Shown here: one piece after another, positions 58,637 through 64,000 of the stretch
Numbering within the stretch: the stretch's first letter is position 1
Layout of the letters: every line of letters begins with the position of its first letter
Origin: an uncultured Clostridium sp.
Lineage (GTDB): Bacteria; Bacillota; Clostridia; TANB77; CAG-508
DNA: 64,000 bases
Assembly: GCA_947368535.1 (NCBI GenBank)
Contig: CANBHY010000004.1
Coordinates: 90,242 to 154,241, forward strand
Reading direction: 5' to 3'
The notes under the pieces: model-generated
Told to the model about the DNA's origin: nothing
Databases searched by the model: none
Seen by the model: the letters and a program-made list of their open reading frames with translations, nothing else
Made by a program: the position numbers and the translations under genes

Positions 58637-61258
58637 TTATTTTAATTTTTCTTTAATTTTAACAATTGTATTTAATGCGTCTATTGGTGTTAATTCATTT
58701 ATATTTATTTTGTCTAACTCTGTTGCTATATCTGCTAGTTTATAATTGTACATATCTAACTGTCCTGATACTTGTTTTTTCATATCTTTTTCTTCTTGCT
58801 TTTCTTTTATTTTAACTTTCTTTTCTAAAGTTTTCAATATCTCATTTGCTCTTGTTAACATTTTTTTAGGTGCGCCTGCTAGTTTAGCTACATGTATACC
58901 ATAGCTTTCGTCAGTTCCACCTGGAATAATTTTTCTTAAGAAAATTATGTCTTCGCCTTTTTCTTTTACAGCTATTTGATAATTTTTAACACCTTCTAAT
59001 TCATCTTCTAAAGTTGTTAATTCGTGATAATGTGTTGCAAATAATGTTTTACATCCAATATTTTGACTATCTGCTATATATTCTGCAACTGCCCACGCTA
59101 TAGCTAGTCCATCATATGTTGATGTTCCTCTTCCAATTTCATCTAATATTACTAAACTGTTTTTAGTTGCATTTTTCATTATATTTGATACTTCTGACAT
59201 TTCTACCATAAATGTACTTTGTCCCATACTTAAATCATCTGATGCTCCTACTCTTGTAAATATTTTATCTACAACACCGATTTTAGCTGATGATGCTGGT
59301 ACAAAGCTTCCTATTTGTGCCATTAATGTAATTAGTGCTACTTGTCTCATGTATGTTGATTTTCCTGCCATATTTGGTCCAGTAATAATTGATAGTCTAT
59401 CATCTCTTCTGTTTAAATATGTATCATTTTCTACAAAACTTCCGTTATCTATCATTCTTTCTATTACAGGATGACGTCCGTCTTTAATTAATATTTCGTC
59501 TTCATCATCTACTTTTGGCATAGTGTATTCATAATCTTCTGCTATGCATGCAAAGTCATTTAATACATCTAAAGTTGCTACTACATTAGATGATTTTTGA
59601 ATTCTTTCTATTTGTGATGATATTTTTGTTCTAATCTTTACAAACTCTTCATATTCTAATGTTACTATTCTTTCTTCTGCCCCTAAAACTTTATCTTCTA
59701 TTGACTTTAATTCTTCTGTTATAAATCTTTCTGCTCCTGTTAGTGTTTGTTTTCTAATATATCTGTCCGTTGGTACTTGTTTTAAGAAAGATTTTGTTAC
59801 TTCTATATAATAACCAAATACTTTTGTATAACCTACTTTTAGATTTTTAATTCCTGTTGCTTCTTTCTCTTTTGCTTCTATATTTACAAGCCAGCTTTTT
59901 CCTTCTATTGAAGCTTTTTTACATTCATCAATTTCGTCACTATAACCTGTTTTTATTATTCCACCTTCCTTTATAGTGATTGGTGGTTCATCTATTATTG
60001 ATTTTTCTATTAATTCTGTTATATCTTTTAATTCATCTAAATCATTATATAGTTTTTTTAGTAGTGGCGATTCTACTTGAGATAATTCTTGCTTCAATTC
60101 TGGCAACTTGCTTAGCGAATTTTTTAATGATATTAAATCTCTCGCATTTGCATTTCCGTATGATATTCTTCCTGCTAATCTTTCTATGTCATATACTTTA
60201 TTTAATGATTCTAAGATATCTCCTCTTAATATCATATTCTCTTTTAATTCTTTTACAGCTGTTAATCGATCATTTATAGCTTTTACATCTACTAGTGGAT
60301 CATTTATCCATCTTCTTAATAAACGTCCCCCCATAGAAGTTGAAGTTTTATCTAAAACCCATAATAATGTTCCTCTTTTAGATTTATCCCTCATTCTATC
60401 AGTTAATTCTAGGTTTCTTCTTGCACTTACATCTAATGCCATATATCTAGTTGTTTTGTATAAAACTATTTTGTTTATATGGTCTAATTTTATTTTTTGT
60501 GTTTCGCTTAAATATTCATTTAGCCCGTTAATAGCTGCTACTGCAAATAAGTTTTCTTTTAATTCTTTTCCAGTTTGATTTTCAAAAGTATACATTCTTT
60601 CTATTAAATCTGTTTCTTCTGAAAATTTTTCTTCTGATATGTTTGATATACATACATTTATTCTGTCTTTTATTTTTGCAATTTCTTTTTCTGATTCATA
60701 CATCATTTTGTTTGTAATTATTTCTGCTGGCATAAATCTGGCAATTTCATCTAGTAACTTTTCAAAGTTATTTTCTTCTGTTATTTGTGTTGCAAAAAAA
60801 TCTCCTGTGCTTACATCACATACTGCTACACCAAAAAATAGTCCTTTTTTTACTATTGACATTATAAAATTATTTTTCTTTTCATCTAGTAAATTGCTTT
60901 CTATTACTGTTCCTGGTGTTACTACTCTTATTACGTCTCTTTTTACTATTCCTTTTGCAGATTTTGGATCTTCTAATTGTTCACATATAGCTACTTTAAA
61001 TCCTTTTGATATTAATTTTGCTATATACATTTCTGCAGCATGAAAAGGAACGCCACACATTGGTGCTCTTTCTTCTAGTCCGCAAGCTCTTCCTGTTAAT
61101 GTTATTTCTAATTCTCTTGATGCAGTAAGCGCATCTTCAAAAAACATTTCATAGAAGTCTCCTAATCTATAAAATAGTATGCAGTCTTTATATTCTTCTT
61201 TTTTCTCCATGTAGTGTTGCATCATAGGTGATAATTTTGCTTGTTCTTCCTCTGTCAT
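58637..61258 (-). CDS. mutS: DNA mismatch repair protein MutS.
   Basis: 873 aa with Walker A GPNMAGKST. Confidence 0.95.
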   Translation of the reverse strand: MTEEEQAKLSPMMQHYMEKKEEYKDCILFYRLGDFYEMFFEDALTASRELEITLTGRACGLEERAPMCGVPFHAAEMYIAKLISKGFKVAICEQLEDPKSAKGIVKRDVIRVVTPGTVIESNLLDEKKNNFIMSIVKKGLFFGVAVCDVSTGDFFATQITEENNFEKLLDEIARFMPAEIITNKMMYESEKEIAKIKDRINVCISNISEEKFSEETDLIERMYTFENQTGKELKENLFAVAAINGLNEYLSETQKIKLDHINKIVLYKTTRYMALDVSARRNLELTDRMRDKSKRGTLLWVLDKTSTSMGGRLLRRWINDPLVDVKAINDRLTAVKELKENMILRGDILESLNKVYDIERLAGRISYGNANARDLISLKNSLSKLPELKQELSQVESPLLKKLYNDLDELKDITELIEKSIIDEPPITIKEGGIIKTGYSDEIDECKKASIEGKSWLVNIEAKEKEATGIKNLKVGYTKVFGYYIEVTKSFLKQVPTDRYIRKQTLTGAERFITEELKSIEDKVLGAEERIVTLEYEEFVKIRTKISSQIERIQKSSNVVATLDVLNDFACIAEDYEYTMPKVDDEDEILIKDGRHPVIERMIDNGSFVENDTYLNRRDDRLSIITGPNMAGKSTYMRQVALITLMAQIGSFVPASSAKIGVVDKIFTRVGASDDLSMGQSTFMVEMSEVSNIMKNATKNSLVILDEIGRGTSTYDGLAIAWAVAEYIADSQNIGCKTLFATHYHELTTLEDELEGVKNYQIAVKEKGEDIIFLRKIIPGGTDESYGIHVAKLAGAPKKMLTRANEILKTLEKKVKIKEKQEEKDMKKQVSGQLDMYNYKLADIATELDKININELTPIDALNTIVKIKEKLK

Positions 61259-62563
61259 TTATATTTCTCCTTTTAAATACCATTTATGTTCTTCTGTAAT
61301 TTTAATGTCTATCATCTTGCCAATTAGTTCTTCTTTTCCTTCAAAATTTACTACTTTGTTTGTGTCTGTTCTTCCTGTAAGTGTTGTTTTATCATTTTTA
61401 CTATAGCCGTCTACTAATATTTTTTGTGTTGTTCCTATGTATTTTTCGTTGTTTTCTGATACTCTACCGTCATAAAGGTCTTTTAATTTATCAAATCTTT
61501 TATGTTTAATTTCTTCTGGGATTTGATTTTCCATTCTATCTGCTACTGTTCCTTCTCTTCTTGAATATATAAACATATATACTTGTTCATAATTTACTTT
61601 TTTTACTACATCAAGTGTATCTTCAAATTCTTCATCTGTTTCACCTGGAAATCCTACTATTATGTCTGTAGAAAACACTACATCTGGAATTCTTTTTTTC
61701 ATTTTTTCTACTAATTCTAGATACTGTTCTTTAGTGTATTTTCGATTCATTTCTTTTAAGACTTTACTATTTCCTGCTTGAAGAGGTAAGTGTACTACTC
61801 TTGCTATTTTAGGATTATTTGCTATAGCTTCTATTACATCATCTGTAAAATCTTTTGGATGTGGTGATATAAATCTTATTCTTTCTATTCCTTCTATTTT
61901 GCAAACATCATTTAATAAATTAGCAAATTTATATCCATTTTCCCCATCATAAGAATTTACATTTTGACCTAATAATGTTATTTCTTTATATCCTTCTTTT
62001 GATAGCTCTTGTACTTCTTCTAATATTTTTTCTGGTTTTCTGCTTCTTTCTCTTCCTCTTACATATGGAACTATACAATAAGCGCAAAAATTATTGCAAC
62101 CATACATGATTGTTACTGAAGCTTTAAATTTATCATTTCTTTTTATTGGTAAATCTTCTATTACTTCTCCATCTATATCTATTACATCTCTGACTTTTTT
62201 ACGTTCTTCTATAACTTTTTTTAAATCTTCTTCAAATTTATGTAATGTATGTGTTCCAAAAACTATATCTGTGTAATTGTAACTTTGCTTTATTTTTTCT
62301 AACATTGCTGGTTCTTGCATCATGCATCCGCCAATTGCTATTATTGTACCTTTTTCTTCTCTTTGTTTTTTTAATTCTCCTAATTTTCCAAATAGTCTTT
62401 CTTCTGCATTTTCTCTAACACAACAAGTGTTAAATATTACTAAATCTGCTTCTTGTAAATTTTCAGTTTTTTCATACCCTAATTTTTCTGTTATTCCAGC
62501 TAATTTTTCTGAATCGTTTTCGTTTAATTGACATCCAAAAGTTGTTATTAAATATTTTTTCAT
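61259..62563 (-). CDS. miaB: tRNA-2-methylthio-N6-dimethylallyladenosine synthase MiaB.
   Basis: Radical SAM motif CAYCIVP, MTTase N-terminal domain and TRAM C-terminal domain. Confidence 0.95.
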   Translation of the reverse strand: MKKYLITTFGCQLNENDSEKLAGITEKLGYEKTENLQEADLVIFNTCCVRENAEERLFGKLGELKKQREEKGTIIAIGGCMMQEPAMLEKIKQSYNYTDIVFGTHTLHKFEEDLKKVIEERKKVRDVIDIDGEVIEDLPIKRNDKFKASVTIMYGCNNFCAYCIVPYVRGRERSRKPEKILEEVQELSKEGYKEITLLGQNVNSYDGENGYKFANLLNDVCKIEGIERIRFISPHPKDFTDDVIEAIANNPKIARVVHLPLQAGNSKVLKEMNRKYTKEQYLELVEKMKKRIPDVVFSTDIIVGFPGETDEEFEDTLDVVKKVNYEQVYMFIYSRREGTVADRMENQIPEEIKHKRFDKLKDLYDGRVSENNEKYIGTTQKILVDGYSKNDKTTLTGRTDTNKVVNFEGKEELIGKMIDIKITEEHKWYLKGEI

Positions 62564-62576
62564 TTATTGTTCCTTT

Positions 62577-63617
62577 CTATTGTTCTTTATGGTATAGTTC
62601 TGGATATTCAAATTCTTTTCCACCTTCTGTTAAACTTTTTTCAATAACATGTGTTGTAGCTGTATTATCTCCTTGACAAAAGTATTTATATCTATATTTT
62701 TGTGGTAATTTATTTGAATTTGTAATAATTGGATCATCCCATGTTACATCTACAAAATACCATACATTATTTATTCTTATATAATTCCACATATGTTTTT
62801 CTGATTGTCCTTCTGAATTTGTGGCATTTCCTGAAACTAATATACATGGAATTTCAATTTTATCTAATAAGTATTTGAATGCTTTGGCATATCCTTCACA
62901 TACAACTTCTCTATTTACTAATGCCCCATATATATTTCTGTTATTATGTGCATTATATGTTGTGTCATATTCTAAATTATCTATTAACCAATCATGTATA
63001 TATTGAATTTTTTGATAATCAGTTCCATCTGCTTGTTCTAAAATTTCTTGTGATACTTTTTCTGTTGTTTCTATCATTGCATTTAAATCTGCATTTGCTA
63101 GGTCGTCTTGAAAATAGTTTTCTTGTCCTTCTGCTAAAGTTAGAAGTACTTCATATGTAACGTCTCGTCCTCTAGTATAGGTTATAGTTCTTAGAACCAT
63201 TTTTGTGAAGTCTAAATAATATAGTTCTATATGGTCGTAACGTAGCGCATCTACTGCTTCTTGATATTTTTGACTCAATAGTTCTAATCCATTTTCTTGT
63301 CTTAATACGTGATTAAACTCACCTTTGGTAAATTCAATACCTGCTGTTCCTGTTTTTAGCTCTTCTTTAGAGTCTATTAGTTTATCATATATTTTTTTTG
63401 CATCATCATCAATTTGATTGTAATAATATTTGTCTTCAACTTGTTTTTCTATTATTAAGTTTTTATCTTCTAATGATAATCCATTTTCTATATATTCATC
63501 TGTTGTTTTTATCTTTTCTAATACTGTATATTCTAATACGTCTGCTTTCCAAAGGATTATTAGTACAACAAAAATATATAGTAATAATATGAATATTAAT
63601 CTTAAAAATTTTCTCAT
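62577..63617 (-). CDS. Transglutaminase-like (papain-fold) domain protein, signal-anchored.
   Basis: Cys context VCEGYAKAF, then HMWNYIRI and VDVTWD, consistent with a Cys-His-Asp triad. Confidence 0.6.
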   Translation of the reverse strand: MRKFLRLIFILLLYIFVVLIILWKADVLEYTVLEKIKTTDEYIENGLSLEDKNLIIEKQVEDKYYYNQIDDDAKKIYDKLIDSKEELKTGTAGIEFTKGEFNHVLRQENGLELLSQKYQEAVDALRYDHIELYYLDFTKMVLRTITYTRGRDVTYEVLLTLAEGQENYFQDDLANADLNAMIETTEKVSQEILEQADGTDYQKIQYIHDWLIDNLEYDTTYNAHNNRNIYGALVNREVVCEGYAKAFKYLLDKIEIPCILVSGNATNSEGQSEKHMWNYIRINNVWYFVDVTWDDPIITNSNKLPQKYRYKYFCQGDNTATTHVIEKSLTEGGKEFEYPELYHKEQ

Positions 63618-63632
63618 ATGTTCCTCTTAAGT

Positions 63633-64000
63633 TTAAACATTAAATCTAAATAATACTATATCTCCGTCTTGCATAATATAGTCTTTTCCTTCTAATCTCA
63701 TTAATCCTTTTTCTTTTACTGCATTCATAGATCCTTCTCTCATTAAGTCATCATAAGATACTACTTCTGCTCTGATGAATCCTCTTTCTATGTCTGAGTG
63801 TATTTTTCCTGCAGCTTTAGGAGCTTTTGTTCCTATTTTAATTGTCCATGCTCTAACTTCTGGTTCTCCAGCTGTTAAGAATGACATTAATCCAAGTAAT
63901 TTATAACTTGCTTTTATAACTTTATCTAAACCTGATTCTTCTAGTCCTAATTCATGTAACATTTCTAATTTATCTTCTTTTTCAAGTGTGCTTAGTTCTT
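63633..64000 (-). CDS. ychF: Ribosome-binding ATPase YchF (Obg family), C-terminal TGS/MoaD-like part. The gene continues past the window edge.
   Basis: C-terminus ...KAAGKIHSDIERGFIRAEVVSYDDL...IMQDGDIVLFRFNV is typical of YchF. There is no true start inside the window. Confidence 0.8.
   Translation of the reverse strand, partial: ELSTLEKEDKLEMLHELGLEESGLDKVIKASYKLLGLMSFLTAGEPEVRAWTIKIGTKAPKAAGKIHSDIERGFIRAEVVSYDDLMREGSMNAVKEKGLMRLEGKDYIMQDGDIVLFRFNV

Noticed and set aside
1-64000. CRISPR arrays, rRNA, tRNA, IS elements, integrases, prophage genes.
   Set aside because: No regularly spaced short repeats, no rRNA-like GC-rich structured stretches, no tRNA-like sequences, and no transposase or integrase motifs were seen on either strand.

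Overview
This 64 kb window is AT-rich (roughly 25-30% GC by eye) and almost entirely coded on the minus strand. Gene content indicates a low-GC Firmicute, probably an endospore-forming member of Clostridia, because a full spoIIIAA-AF run sits at the left edge. The backbone is conserved housekeeping genes: holA, murB, pnp-rpsO, proC-proB-proA, tig-clpP-clpX, tsf-rpsB, tsaD, lysS, ppaC, typA, mutS, miaB and ychF (partial). Four accessory envelope loci are embedded in it. (1) A six-gene SipW/TasA-like locus: two SipW-type signal peptidases, three TasA-like secreted subunits and a GLUG-repeat surface protein (38.5-43.4 kb). (2) A four-gene operon: two zinc-ribbon bitopic membrane proteins, one carrying an HExxH domain, plus a secreted trypsin-fold protein whose catalytic triad appears substituted (29.0-34.7 kb). 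(3) A sortase locus: a sortase, one substrate with a non-canonical LSYTG sorting motif, two membrane proteins, an HTH_XRE-CYTH fusion regulator, and a large protein that combines a prepilin-like N-terminus with a vWA domain (51.5-57.1 kb). (4) A small GC-rich (~43% GC) island carrying an 87-aa ORF (48.52-48.85 kb). At least five conserved genes show +1 frameshifts at A/T homopolymers (holA, proC, a metallophosphoesterase, a TasA-like gene and the vWA gene), which points to systematic indel errors in the assembly rather than true pseudogenes. No rRNA, tRNA, CRISPR array, transposase or integrase was found. Many rho-independent terminators and one near-consensus sigma-A promoter can be read directly.
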